DNA of 64,000 nt from Lytechinus pictus (lineage: Eukaryota): the NCBI RefSeq assembly GCF_037042905.1, contig NW_026974140.1:3782001-3846000 (forward strand), in the 5' to 3' direction. The notes below the pieces were generated by a model, which saw only the letters and a program-made list of their open reading frames with translations, did not search any database and had not been told where the DNA came from. The position numbers and the translations under genes are program-made. Shown here piece by piece: positions 1 to 13,735 of the stretch; positions within the stretch are counted from its first letter, which is position 1; every line of letters starts with the position of its first letter.

Positions 1-1088
1 CCGAACGATGGTATGCCATTGGAAATAACGTAATAGCTTTGATCGGTCTGGAATCGTTTTCATTGGTGTGACTGATATACCAATAAGTGGCTTTGCGGGA
101 GATAACCCTAGCATTGATTTATCTGAATATGAATCATTCCCAAGAACCAGATGTAACTTTATGATTTCATAAAAGGCGGTATATCTCACTGCTATAAACG
201 TTATACGTGCAGATCCACACCCCCATCAATGTCTCTGAGTACATAACTCCCTTCAATTACTCAACATATCAATCCACACCGTAACATGAATGTCATTCGT
301 TGAGATTCCACCGGGGCGTTTTTAAGTCGAAGGATCTTGGTCCCCCTCTCGTTAGCCCCCTCCCGATGGAGTTAGGATTGTATAGGAGTCATTGTCACGT
401 GACTCCATCGTTTTGTAATACACACGTACATGCAAGCATTACGAGGTACACGCTGGAGGGGTGTAACAACGCCGCGATGTTGGTTTTCTGGGTGGATCCG
501 GGACTTTTCAAATCAGAGAAATATTTTAGGGCATAAAAGACACAAATGATATCGTTATTTTAAGTCCATTTTTATTTATTAACGTGTTGCGCTTCCATCA
601 CCTGAAACCACGAAAACACTTTCCCATGAACGTGTTTTATATATCAGTATATAGGCCTACTTTGGTAAACACTAAACGATTTGAAAGTGCTCTGTGTTGG
701 TTTACATACAACAAGAGCGCACATATACAAGAGAATTGAATATCCTAATTTTTCTTAAACTGAATCTTGCAATAATTGTTTGAACACTTTTTTTCAGTTT
801 TCATAGCATTCACATCATGGTAGATGTACTATCTAAAACGGGTAATCAATAAAGTTTGATTGTTTTTTTTTCTTCAGAAATGGCAATTATTGTATTACAA
901 TGATATGGAGGGATGCTTCTTATGACGTCACGTAATGAAATGTTAAGAATTCATTTTTTTTCTTTGATAGATTTTCGCAAAACGTTCATTAATGTGTTTC
1001 TCTTTATTATCCTTTAGGTTTTGTTTTTAATCGAACTAACTCAACCTCGGCGTTGATTTCCCCTTTAAATATTGTCGATTTACTTTAA

Positions 1089-1682
1089 AGATCAAGTCCA
1101 CCTCAGAAAATTTTTGATTTGAATCAATAGAAAAAATCAATCAAGCATAGTGCTTAAAATTTCATCAAAATCGGATGTGAAATAAGAAAGTTATGACATT
1201 TTAAAGTTTCGCTTATTTCCCACAAAATAGTTATATTCAGAACTCAGTGATATGCAGATGAGAAAGTGGATGATGTCCCTCACTCACTGTTTCTTTTTTT
1301 TATTATTTGAATTATACAATGTTTCAATATTTACAGATTTTACAACAAGGACCAACTTGACTGAACCATAAAATGTTAAACAATGGGAATTCCACATGTT
1401 CAGGGCGAAATAAAAACTTTGTTTTACAGGACAATGAGGAGAAAATTAGAATATTTCTTATTTCATATAATAAAATACAAAAAAAATAGTGAGCGATGTC
1501 ATCAGTTCCTCATTTGCATACCGAGTGGGATGTGCACATAACTGTTTTGTGAAATTAAGCAAAACTTATAAATGTCATAACTCTCTTATTTTCCATCCGA
1601 TTTCGATGAAATTTTCAGTGTTGTGCTTGTTGGATTTTTGTCTTTTTATTCAAATCAACTATTTGTTGGGTGAATTTGTCCT
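1089..1682. mobile_element. TTAA-flanked MITE, Kolobok-like (family A, copy 1)
   Basis: TTAA at 1085-1088 and 1683-1686; termini agatcaagtccacc / ggtgaatttgtcct; long imperfect internal inverted repeats; same family at 38288, 48372, 52834, 59278. TTAA target plus AG...CT ends fits Kolobok rather than piggyBac (CCC ends). Confidence 0.8.
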
Positions 1683-2734
1683 TTAAATTCATGTTTACAT
1701 TTTCCTTCGCATGTGGGGGGATGTATGTTTGCACAATCACTGGCAATCTCCAGAGACTTTAAATGTAAACGACAAATTGATTTCCTTTTCATCTACGTGT
1801 GGGTCCGCAGTGTCTACAAGAAACGTAAACATCATCACTGGACTTTGGAAACATAGTGTGGAATGGTTTCCTAGCAACAACAAACTCTTGCATAATAAAG
1901 AATACATTCTTCTCTCTCGACCCTATTGTACCCCTCGAATAATTCTTCTTTATTTCTGGGGATGAGAGGGGAAAATATAATAATAAACTCGAACATTGCA
2001 TCATGTATAAAATTTTCAGCGCCTTCTTCAATATTGTGTAGTAAAAAAAAAGAGCTCTGGTTGACTCCTTTTTACTAATCCACGGCCGGGACAGGGGGTA
2101 TACCAACAAAGACATGTCTTTTATCTAATTTTAGAGTGATCTACTTTTCATTCTTAAGAGAAGACTGGTAAAGAAAGCAAAGACCGAACTCACCATTTTA
2201 TCGATATTTTGCAACATAAATAAATATGAAATTTGTCAAATAGATTAGAATTACACCAAGGATTACTTATACTTCACAATGCGGAAATATAACTAGGCAA
2301 ACAACTTTTATTGTGATTTTTGTAAAATAAAAGCAACAACATAATATATTTTCAGCCACCCCCTTAGCATGTCGTTGGCATTGTTGACCGTTTATTCTTT
2401 GTTCCCTTCGAAAAGAATGTTTTTATATGCATAACCACCCGTGGTAGCCAGCCCCCCCCCCCCCCCCCCCCCCCCCCCGTCAGACGATGATGAATTGAAT
2501 AGATTACAGCTTTCTAGTGATAACTCAGAATAGCATAATATTTGATCATGTTTATTATTTATTTGCAATAATGTAGTATTATCCCATGAATCGTTCACTT
2601 TTGCTATTCGATGTCCAGAAATAGACGGCGCAGAAACACTAGGTACTTTCCGACTTGGCCCCTATATAGGCCTATCAGCGAGATATTGACATTCATAATT
2701 CGATTTTTGTCTTTTACCTTTGAATTTGCTCCAG

Positions 2735-2881
2735 GCATGTACAGTGTTGAGTTCAATGACGTCCATTAAGCTAGTGACGATCTCGTATTCGATGGATACC
2801 ATCACAGAAGACTACGAGGAACTATATAGGAATGCGCGTCCGCCCTCCAGCAGCGTAACATTGCCTTATGAGGCAACGTGA
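2735..2881 (+). CDS. Possible terminal coding exon of an unidentified upstream gene
   Basis: Pyrimidine-rich acceptor (tttgtcttttacctttgaatttgctccag) followed by a locally GC-richer open frame ACTVLSSMTSIKLVTISYSMDTITEDYEELYRNARPPSSSVTLPYEAT*. No recognisable homology. Confidence 0.2.
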   Translation, partial: ACTVLSSMTSIKLVTISYSMDTITEDYEELYRNARPPSSSVTLPYEAT

Positions 2882-4313
2882 CTTCTCAGCTGAGAACAAC
2901 CGAGGATTATACATTGAGAGGATTGGACATCACACATGGTCGGTGTACTGATAGCTGTGACGTCATTATCACCCACGGAAATCATGTGCGTATTTGAAGG
3001 ATACGAACATATTTGATGGATGGGAATATAGACATATATACTAGCAAATGGACTACCGACTCTGTCCACCCTTTGCTAGTAGGTCCATGATGGGAAGCAG
3101 TAGTGTTCATGTCAAACTTTGTAAGGAGGGGGGGGGACAAAAAATCATTTTCAAATTAACAAACAGGAAGTCAAGGTCACCACCACTTCTGGAAGCATGA
3201 TCCCAGTCCAAAGTTTCCTGCGAAGCCGAGCAAAATACGTAGCTAGATATCTCCATTCATTTCTTATCGTTTAATCGGTTATTACTTACTGAATAATTAA
3301 TCTTTTGTCTTGGGGGGAAACAAAAAAAATTTCACTTTAGATAAATGTCAAAATATAAAAAAATTATTATGTGACGAAAAGGTAATCACCCCTAATCCCC
3401 CTTCAGTATTTTTGTTTAATCAGATTTATGATGAACATCATTAATGTATAAAGCAACCAGGGATCTTATCAATAAGTTGTTTCCATTCTAAAATGATATG
3501 GATATCTCATTTCTAACGTTCGTCATCATGGTCATATTACTCCGAGTTGGTTAATGAAGTACAAAATCCGCTGAATATGAGTGTCTTTTCTGATACAGAG
3601 TGAGATGTGAAATGAGATTCTCTTGAGCGTCAATGAGATTTGCTCTAGTTGGTGGGAGGTCGTTTACGTCACAGGTCATGAACTTGAGTGAGTGAACTAC
3701 TACTACCCAGAGAGTTTCCAGTGATATATGACCAGCATGGTCCTTAGAAAAAAAAGAGATTTGAGATTGAAAATGAAAATGAAGAAAAAGAGAGTGAGAG
3801 AGACAGGGGGAAGGAGAGAGATAGAAGATAGCCAGAATTGCCAGAAACAATTTCCGACAACAGTCATGGCAGTCGAATCACAGAAGAAGTCATCATCATG
3901 ATCATAAGCCATTATGATACAAGAAATACAACGAGAATATAATCGTGATAAAGGCAAGGAAAGCTGTGGGAGAGGAGAAGAGAAAAAAAGATGAGCAGCT
4001 ACAGAAAAAGAAGCAGACAGAGAAAGGCCGATCTAGTTTACTCAACATAGACAAAATGAATCATAATTATAAAAGGTAAACAATAATCGAGAAAATAATG
4101 TTTGGAATGTGACAGGTATATTCCATACAGTAGTAAAAAGTGAGAACATGTGGGAATGAATATAGAATTTTTGTATTTGTAGGATACTTTCAGTGTACGT
4201 TATAGTCGCACCAACGAAACAAATCGAAAGGTGATATTAAGCCATTCAGAATATAATAAAATACTATGACAGATCTGGGATTAGTATAGTTTGTGTGACT
4301 GTTTAGCACCTGA

Positions 4314-5744
4314 CAACCGCGTAGCCAGGATTTCATTTTGGAGGGGGCGGTAAATGCACGCGAAGCGTGCCAACACTTACAGAGCGCGCGAAGAGCGCTC
4401 CCTAGGGGGTGGATGCAGGGAGGGGGAGTTTCCCCCTCCCGCGCGAAGCGCAAAGCTTTCAGTGTTTCATAAATTAAAGTAAAAAGGAGCCGCCTCCCTT
4501 GTCTCTAGTACCTATATCAGCTCCAATTCATTTGACTATATTGTGATTTTGAACCTTGTTTTCAAAAGTGATTGTAAAACGAACAAAAAAGGGATACAGT
4601 GGAGGAAATTAAAATAATATTAACCCCGCGCGAAGCGCGGAAGCTAAAGCGTTTTATAAAAAAATTTGCAAAGAAAATGGTCACGAGAAAAGGTTATTTT
4701 CTAAGTTATATTGAATACTTCCCTTTGAAAGATCAGATTTGATTACAAACAATTTAGCGACAGTGCATATCTTAACTCGCAAAACAAAGGAGAAGAAGGA
4801 TATATGCCGGGAGGAAGATATTCCTCCCCGCTCATCAGAGCAATGAAACTCTGAAACTTCAAAGGGCGAGTTCAAATACCCCCATCAGCTCTAATTCAAT
4901 TAATTTTCTAAGATTATTGAACTTCATTACAAGGAATATATTGCGCTAAAAGTTGAAACTTTTGTGATTATTGAAATTATATAAAACACGATGACGTATA
5001 ATTTCTTTCACTTATCCTGATGCGCTTCACTTTGAATGATAAAGAAACTTAAGTGTCATTCAAAATTTCAAACTGAGGGCGCAAAAAGGACAGGAGATGA
5101 ATGTGCAGGGAAATGACATGAAGTTGAATAGAGTTTGATTAAAAAATTGTACTTTTTTTATTTAATACGACACGAATTTTATACCTTCCTCTTTTTAAAT
5201 TAGGAACCTGTTTGCCCCCAAATTATGGTTGTTTAGTAATGAGCGGAAAAGCGGGAAAAGTTGCCTATATGGAGGTGACGGCAGAAATCGAGATAAAGAT
5301 TTTACCCGCCCGGAGCCGACCCGACCAGAAGTTGCGCGATCAATTAAAAAAAAGATACGTTCATATACTTCGGCCTAACCTTACTCTAATTCCATGCCCT
5401 AATGTATACATTTGAACTTTAACTGGCAAGAAACACATATAGCTGAGGTAGAAAAACAGGGTAAGAGAAAGGGTGAGGGAAACAAAGGAGAACTGCAATA
5501 TTGTCATTTAACCGCGCGCAGCGCGGAAGCAAAATTTATATGTATGAATTTAGAGCAAGGGTCACGGAGTTTTTTTTTTTTTTTTAATGAAGAATAAAAA
5601 GAAAAACCTACAAAGCTACCTTTCTTCCCTTTCCTCTCTTCGCTTTTCCTTTTCTCCTCTCTTTTTCCCCTTCTTTTTTTTTCTTTTTGGGGACGTTTTT
5701 TTGGGGGGCGACCGCCCCCACCACCCCCCCTGGCTACGCGCCTG
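4314..5744. mobile_element. Non-autonomous hAT-like element, 1.43 kb
   Basis: Exact 8-bp TSD gcacctga (4306-4313, 5745-5752); TIRs caaccgcgtagccagg / cctggctacgcgcctg; internal repeated gcgcgaagcgc motifs; no transposase ORF. Confidence 0.85.
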
Positions 5745-6425
5745 GCACCTGATTGTATTTCAGGTGGGAACTTTGAATCAAATTTTCTTGACTCGTGAGG
5801 TGACTCGTTTTAGAGTACATGCAGTATTTTCTTTATAATGTTGCCTACTGCTAACCCAAGCAACGACCCCCTCTCCCCTCCCCCACTTCGCCATTATGTT
5901 CCACTATTTATTTGTTTTGTAACAAACTAAAATGAGGGCTTGCAACTAATTACATTACATTTGTCTCTCCGCAAGCCATCAAAATCACATAGCAATATAC
6001 TTTGGAGGACATTTTTGTTGTTTTACCGATCAATATGCATAGGATAGTCATTCAAGAACAGCGCCAGCTGTTGGTCATTTTTTCCAATTCTTGAAATTCA
6101 TTTATTTTTTGCATTTTCACATACTAGATACATTATGTTGGCATGGAAAACATCACATTTTTCCTACACGTTCTTCCATCCCTTTTTCATAATTCACTGA
6201 ATATTTCAAATAAATGTTATTATCAAATCAAAATTAATGCGAATAGCCAGGTTTTTCATTTAACAACTTTGCATGTAAAAAGGAAGAAACCAAATATATC
6301 TCGCTCTTATGCAACTTCCCCATTATTCTTTTTTATTTCCTCATTCTTTTGAAAGACCCTATTTCAGAATTATATAAACACAAGCATTACTGAGCAATTT
6401 CCTTTAATTAGAGTATAGTATAGGA

Positions 6426-6427
<2 letters not shown>

Positions 6428-6458
<31 letters not shown>
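6428..6458. repeat. (TA)n microsatellite
   Basis: Pure TA run. Confidence 0.9.
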
Positions 6459-6461
<3 letters not shown>

Positions 6462-8036
6462 CATATTTCCTAATTCATCGTGTATTGTGTGAGTGAGTAT
6501 ACGTTATAAGATGAGCTAAACAAGATGTTTACAAAAAAAACTTCATTCGCCACGTTTTAAACACGACTGTAATATGGAAGGGTTTTATAACACATATAAT
6601 GAGAGGAAATAAGACCATGCCGTCGTAAATAATATGGGTTGGTCTGACTATTTCGGAAAAGAAGCTACAATCATTATACCATCATTATAGACGGAGTATT
6701 ACACGGATTATTATATACAAATTTCAGGGGCGGCGTCGGTTCACTATATACAAGACGAAGTGTGAACAAATTGGGTATTTTAGATTTATACACAACCCAG
6801 ATGAATCCTTTCTTCTTCCATTATTTTTTCCTTTTTTATGCTCTTTATTTTCCCCTACTTAAACATTCAATGGGGCGTTCGCCCCCTGTACACTATTCCT
6901 GACTGTTCTGTACGAAAATATTAAAAAGCCCATAACTTTCTCTTTTTTTGTCCAGTTTCCATGGAATTTTCATCGTTATACTTGGTTGATTTTGATAGGT
7001 TCAATTAAACTTATGTCGGGGCCGACTTTGGCCTTTAACGAGACTAGAGCAGACATCTAGGTGAAACAAGATCAAGCAAATGTGTTCATCGTTGTTAATA
7101 TTTATTACACTGCAAATTTCACACCAACAGGCACTAGTAAAGATGCCGCTTAAGGCTTCACACCCAACTCACTCCCATGAGGGACCAGATGAGATAATAT
7201 GCTGGATGCTGGTTGGAGGTGGAGTGGTAGGAAACGGTGTGAACGGCTACATCTGCCGCTGTCATTTTCCAGCTCACTGGGCGAGCCCCACCGTTCGGAG
7301 ATTATTAAAGATGACAAAACCCGCCAATAAACTTCTGCGTTTACCTACAGAAGTTCATAAATAACGTCATGTATTCTCTTGGGGATAAATGTGTTCTAAA
7401 ATCATGCAAGACATAGTATCGTCCCATTTTCTATGGACAGTTCTCCATCTTTGCCATAGAGAGACCTGCGCGCGCATTTAGTGTGTTAAGGATGGGTAAG
7501 GGTCATTGTCATCGTCCACCCCTCCCCTCCCCGAAAATGTATCTGCCTTTAATACATTTATTGTAATTCTCCCGTCCCCCTCTTCAACTCCCCCTCCCCC
7601 CTCTCCCTCTCTTTCTCCCTCTCCCCTATTGCTCTATCTCTCATCCTCTTTGTCTCTCTGCCTCTTCTAATGGTCTATCATACCTTTCTTCTACTTTCTC
7701 CGACGTTGCTAAAGGATTGGTGGTTTTCTCTTCCGGTATAAAACGACAAAATATAATTCAACGATGAAAACGATGTCGAACACGGATTTTTTTTTTCCAA
7801 TCAGAAGAGTTAACAGATACGACACAATGAACTGTTTTAACTGAGAGTGATTTTTCGAGACATTCAAAACTGAAAGGATCAAAGCGCAGTTAAGAGTACA
7901 AAACCCAAACTTACCATTACTAACAGTCTTATCTAAAAGTGGAAGAACGGCCTTTGTAACAGAGAACCGGAATTGTGTTTTCGTTTGATCTTCTTGTCAT
8001 CATTTTCTAAGAGGCAACTTATTGTCAGAGTTTAAG

Positions 8037-9291
8037 GTAAGTTATTGTCACGATATTATATTTATACTCTTGAATGTGTATTGTTAAGCCTTATTAAGAT
8101 ACGATGTGTATGACAAAATTCAGCAATTAAAATTATCCAAAGTTTTCTGACATCTGGACATGGTATGACGAATCTTTTTTTTTTCTGACAATGCAAATGA
8201 GTGTGATTTTTATTGGATCTATGTTGCCTTCTTTGGGGCAATGTGAAAATATCATAAAATGTTACATGTCCCAAAATATTTCGCAATTAACCTTTCATTT
8301 ATAAGCGCTCTTCAAAAAACATTAAATTCTTTACATAGAAACGTTTACAATACCTTTTTAAATCGTATCATTTCATTTTGTTGCTTCAGCAACGAATGCT
8401 CCCAAAGTACACGTAATAGACAAACATAAAAGATAATACCCAAATTCATTCTTAGCTATGAATTTACGGAATTAGATAAATTTGTCAATGGAACAGCTGT
8501 TTGCCTGCAGATATGTTGGTATATGAGAAAGGGTGGGAAGAAATCTGACAGGAAATACCAATATATCTCCATTACACCAATAAATTTATTTTAAAAAACG
8601 CAGCAGTGTAAATAAATAAATAAATAATAATAAAATTAATAATAAGAATTATATATTATGATTATTACAAATGAATCGAAAACAATAATAGTAATAATAT
8701 ATTAATGATTGATATAATAGAAATAATAATTAGATTTAAAAGATCGTGATAAAAACATTGATAATGATATTATACCAATAATATTTTCAAAGACTGAACA
8801 AGCGAACAGATGTATGATAGGATTGAAAAGTGCAAAAGCAACAGGAAATGAAAATTAAACAATTATTTTCAATCTACTAGATTTTGAAAGAAATTTACAA
8901 AAATTAATAAATTTGAATGATGAATAAATATATTCTGTTATTCAAATTGAGTACACGAAGTTTTACCCTGAGCCTAAATTTTACTGATGCGAGTGCACAA
9001 CTTCATCCACACACTCCCTAACTCTTTCAACATTTTAAAGCCCTGTTGGAATGACAAAACATATACATTGTATAATTGACTTGATAACGTGATTAGAAAG
9101 ACACTTTCATGTTCTCTTCAATACCAATGGGCCATCTAACAAAAGGATGGATTATTTCCTATAAAACTATGCAGGCTTATAATGTCTCCATTTTAATATG
9201 TTTGTTAGTAATGTAAAAAATTAGATTTAAGAAGAGTGTTTAAGGTATTTCTAATACAAACAAGTTCAATTTGTCTTATTTCATTCCACAG
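8037..9291 (+). other. Probable 5'-UTR intron of the GS-like gene
   Basis: Consensus donor aag|GTAAGT at 8037 and acceptor ttatttcattccacAG|ATG at 9290-9291, directly before the start codon. Confidence 0.55.
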
Positions 9292-10665
9292 ATGAACAAC
9301 TTAGATGAGAGTTCCTTGAATCTCAGTTTAGACGACATCATGAAGATAATCCAGGAAAAAGACATCGAGTTTGTCCGCTTTGAATTTGGTGACCTTCACG
9401 GTATTGCAAGGTCAAAGATCATACCATCACGTCACTTCCGAGACAAGTCACGCAAAGGCATCAATATTCCTATTGCACACCTGGGCATGGACTGTCGAGG
9501 GCGCCCTGTAGATGAGGCGAAGTACATTATCCAAGGAGATTACTGCGATGCAGTTTGGACACCCGACCTATCAACATTTCGAGTTTTGCCATGGTGTGAC
9601 AATACAGCAAGAGTGATCTTAGAGCCCACTCTGAAAGGAAGACCAGTGGATCTATTTCCTAGAACATTGGCGAGAAAACAGGTAGACCGCCTCTCGAAGA
9701 TGGGACTGTCCCTGCTAACAGCACATGAGCACGAGTTCTACATCGTAGACAGACAGTCTGGGCAGCCGTTAACCCAAGATTTCAACCTTCGAGCCACGGT
9801 GCGCAACTACACGGACCCTCTGTTGATTCGATCTCTTCTGCAAGCCCTACCTGCCGTTGGTGTGGATGCGGAGATGATGGATACGGAGAAGAGCCCAGGG
9901 CAGGTGGAGATCACATACAAACCAGCATTCGGTATCCAGGCTGCAGACAATGCTTACACCTACAAGACAACTATCAAGGAAGTGGCTATGCAGAGGGGCT
10001 ATGTGGCTAGCTTCATGAGCAAACCATGGGCCGAACTGAACGGGAGCTCAGCCCATGTCTGCCATTCCTTGTGGGATATTACCCAACAGCGCCCCCTACT
10101 TTATGCTGAGGACCTACCGTTCGGCTTGTCAAAGATTGCCTGTCATTGGATAGCTGGTCTGCTGGCACATGCCCCGGCCCTGAGTATCTTAATGGCACCT
10201 ACCGTGAACTGCCTCAAGAGATTTGAAGCCAACTCCTTTGCACCCTACAATGCCACATGGGGACTCGACAACAGAACCTGTGCGTTACGTGTCAAGGTCG
10301 GAGGTGGCGCTGATACTTACATCGAGAATAGAATGGGTGCCAGTGGCAGCAACCCCTACCTCACTATCGCAGCCACAATCGCTGCTGGGATTGATGGGAT
10401 TCAACGAAAACTGATCCCACCTCAACCCATCGAAAACAACGCCTATCTCCCTGGCAATGTTCCCGCCGATACGGCCATCTTGCCTGCTACCATGAACGAA
10501 GCTTTGGAGGCGTTTTCTCAGGATGATGTTATAGGATCAGCTCTTGGTGATGAGTTCATGAAGGAGTTCTGTCTACTTAAAATGCACGAAATGAAAGAGT
10601 ACACCGAGGCGAAACTGAAGCAAGACTCGAAATGGGAGTATAAGATGTATTTCGAATACATCTAA
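9292..10665 (+). CDS. Class I glutamine-synthetase-like (lengsin/GlnA-family) protein, 457 aa, single coding exon
   Basis: Motifs IEFVRFEFGDLHGIARSK, PDLSTF, PR, EHEF, E..PGQVEI, FMSKP...NGSSAH, NCLKRF, WGLDNRT..LR, IENR, SNPYL. True start is the ATG at 9292 after the splice acceptor; the TTG at 9271 is intronic. Confidence 0.95.
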   Translation: MNNLDESSLNLSLDDIMKIIQEKDIEFVRFEFGDLHGIARSKIIPSRHFRDKSRKGINIPIAHLGMDCRGRPVDEAKYIIQGDYCDAVWTPDLSTFRVLPWCDNTARVILEPTLKGRPVDLFPRTLARKQVDRLSKMGLSLLTAHEHEFYIVDRQSGQPLTQDFNLRATVRNYTDPLLIRSLLQALPAVGVDAEMMDTEKSPGQVEITYKPAFGIQAADNAYTYKTTIKEVAMQRGYVASFMSKPWAELNGSSAHVCHSLWDITQQRPLLYAEDLPFGLSKIACHWIAGLLAHAPALSILMAPTVNCLKRFEANSFAPYNATWGLDNRTCALRVKVGGGADTYIENRMGASGSNPYLTIAATIAAGIDGIQRKLIPPQPIENNAYLPGNVPADTAILPATMNEALEAFSQDDVIGSALGDEFMKEFCLLKMHEMKEYTEAKLKQDSKWEYKMYFEYI

Positions 10666-11365
10666 TTCGTGCTAACTATGTGTGCAGATAAGTCCTCTTT
10701 ATAGTGTCAACCCTTAAATTGTTTGATTATAAGTATGTCGACTGATGCGTCGAGTAGAAACATCACAACGAATTGATACACATTTAATAATAATGATTTT
10801 AAGATTTACAAAGCACACATATCTGTCGATATTAGGTAGTTTTCGTTCCGCGACGCACGGAGGGTTAACACACACTGTAAATGTATTGAAAATGTCTGTC
10901 AAATGACAAAGAACAGATGGGAGGCATTAATTTGGCGAAAACTGGTGAACCACCGGTCAGCAGTTTCGTCCTAATTTTCGGAGCTGACCAAAAGATTGCA
11001 AATATGTCGTTTGTCTACAGTCAAAGACGAAGCTGTCGTTTTGATTAGCCAATATTTGACAAAGACTTCTTGGTAGTTCTTTGTCATGAAAGGCATTTGG
11101 CATTACATTTTCTCTGTTCTTGAATCTTCCGTACGACGCGGAGCAAAAACTTCACAATGGCACACAATGAATAAGACATAAAACTGAGATGTCATGGTGT
11201 TATGGTTAGTCCACTGACAATGAGTGGGACCGTTCGAAAACAGATTTTTGCTTTTCACCGTTTTCATAGTTATAATTGAAGGAGTATCCGCAACCCAAAT
11301 TTGGTTGGAATCGGTACAACCATGATAACGGGGCCAGAGACAATGACTGCATGAATACCTAACAT

Positions 11366-11687
11366 CATGGGCGGAAATCACAGGGGGGACGTGTCCCCCC
11401 TTCTCAAAATAGTAGGGGGGACACAATATCAAATGGCCCCCCTACTATTTGTGGTATTTTATGATGGTAAGAAATACATCATTCAAATTCGAAATAAAAC
11501 ATGTATTTTAGGACGAGATGACCTTGTTTTGGGGATGCTAACCTTTTTTTTTTTTTTTTTTGCTTGTCAAATTTATTTATGTCGAAATGACCTTAAATTT
11601 TGGGTGATAACCTTTTTTTTTTTTTTTGCTTGTCAAATTTTCCGGCCCCTTGTCCCCCCTACCTTTTGGGGGAGATTTCCGCCCCTG
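11366..11687. mobile_element. hAT-like MITE, 322 bp
   Basis: Exact 8-bp TSD cctaacat (11358-11365, 11688-11695); TIRs catgggcggaaatc / gatttccgcccctg. Confidence 0.85.
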
Positions 11688-13735
11688 CCTAACATACCTA
11701 ACTAGCCCCGTCGAAGTGAGTGTATTATTGGCCTGCATGGTTCTAAAAAAGAAAATAAGTGGTGAGGTTATCACAAATGGCGCTATATTGCTCCCATATA
11801 GAAAAGGCTGTTCACTATACCAAATCAAAGCTTTCCCAATTCGTATCCTCAAATTCATCAACACACATTAGGCCTATATTACAACCTTACCCATTTATAA
11901 CGTGTTCAGAGAAACACAGGCTCGGGTTTCATATCGGGTCATGGAAAATAAAAACCGTTATTTTTTTCTGAAAATATTATTGTTCATTTGTTTGATTTTC
12001 TTTTATTTTGAGAATACGATATACTCGATGATTTTCTCAAGGTCATTGATTATGTCATCCTATACCCCTGGCTCTTGTTTGTTATAGAAAATTAAGAGAT
12101 TCAACATGTTGAAAAGTCATTAGGATGCAAAGAATGATTATTATGTGAATTAGAGTAAAACTAATGCTACTGGCAAGATGATGTTCGTTCCGCTTATACT
12201 GTGACTAACCATACAACTTTGCACTGAATGGTGAATTGTATTGTCAAGCATACAAGGTAGTGTGATATGTAGAAGTATTAAATATAAATGTATATCTAGT
12301 AAAATAATTAAATTTGTATTGTTAAAGTTAAGTAAATTTTAATTTCATAATCGCTAAATGAAATCAAGCCATGTTCGGTATTGAATATTGTTTTATTTAT
12401 TATCATGTTGATATTATCATGAACCTATTATGTCAATGATATTATTGTGCTGTAATTATTCAGAATATATCTGTTTCAGGTAAATTATAACAATTAGATG
12501 AAAGATATTAATTGCAATCTGTTTAAATATTTCATTTCTCTGCCTGTTTCAGATTGTTATTCATTCCCCTATTCCACTATTTTCTCCTTTGCTCCCCACC
12601 TTCGCACACACTCAAACTTCACCCCCCCCCCCCCCCTCCACCTTGTCACTCTCCAAATGGTGAAAACAGGAGGGGGGAATACAAACGTATTTTGAAAATG
12701 AGATCAGCGTCAGGTTTAGAAAAATGAAATAAAATAATGATAAAAATAAAATTAAATTAAATATAAAAAATCATTCTTAAACCTTAACAATTAATTTATA
12801 CTTAAAAATACCCTTAAGCCACCTCCGAGTTTGATAATATTGCTGAATGAGGCCCTGAACATTTTTAAATGTAAAATTGATTTTTTTTTTTTACAAAGAA
12901 TCCATGAATGATTCCTCAATTACAACGAAAGATGCAAATCCTCGCATCCCATTTTTTTGTTCAAAGCCAATTCCAACCTTACAGACCTAACACTAAATCA
13001 TTGCTCTATTAACCATCATCGTACTTTTAGGTGACACTCAAAGTACTTTGCTATATATTTTTTTTTAAGCGAATTAAATTAACTGTTTTGTAAACTTAAC
13101 GATGAACATTAGCCAGGGCTCCTCCTTGGAATTTGACCTCTGTCTAAGGCCTAATTATCACCCCCCCCCCCGCTCCGTAGACAGCTCCTCTTCCTTTCTA
13201 TTTTCCCTTTTGTTATAGTTACCAACATGCGCTCCCCCCCCCCCAACATTCCGATGACAAATATAAACCGCTTCCTTTGTAATAGGAAATCGAGTAGAAA
13301 ATTACCAGGCGTACGACGAGAGAGCAATTCTCCCACATTCACCTCAAGAGAGATGATGATGATGTCATTTTTCAGAGTATTGGCAAATGCCCTATGCCGT
13401 GGGGGCTTGGGGCACTAGACCCCCTAAAGTTTTCTTTACCAAGAAAAGGGAGAAAAGAAGGAGAACATGAAAAAATAAGAAAGGAAAAGTGTAAATTTTA
13501 CATTATTTTCTGAATATTGCGATAATTGCGATATTACTTCAGTGGACTAATTCAAGAAAGGTTTTTGGCTGTATGTCTATATTTTGATTGAATGGCCTAT
13601 TCTTAACGTGTTTTTCCATTTTGATTGTTGAATTATACATGAACATTTCGTTTCACAATATACTACATTATCAGCATTATTGTGCCAATATCAAAGCCAA
13701 TTTGATAGAGAAATGACTTAATTTAGAAGGTATGA

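Noticed and set aside
1489-1686. Similar short ORFs here and at 48799 (KCHNxLIxHPIxMKF) suggesting a small-protein family
   Set aside because: Both are the same family A MITE end.
9292-10665. Bacterial contamination
   Set aside because: Spliceosomal acceptor at the ATG and animal-type MITEs on both sides.
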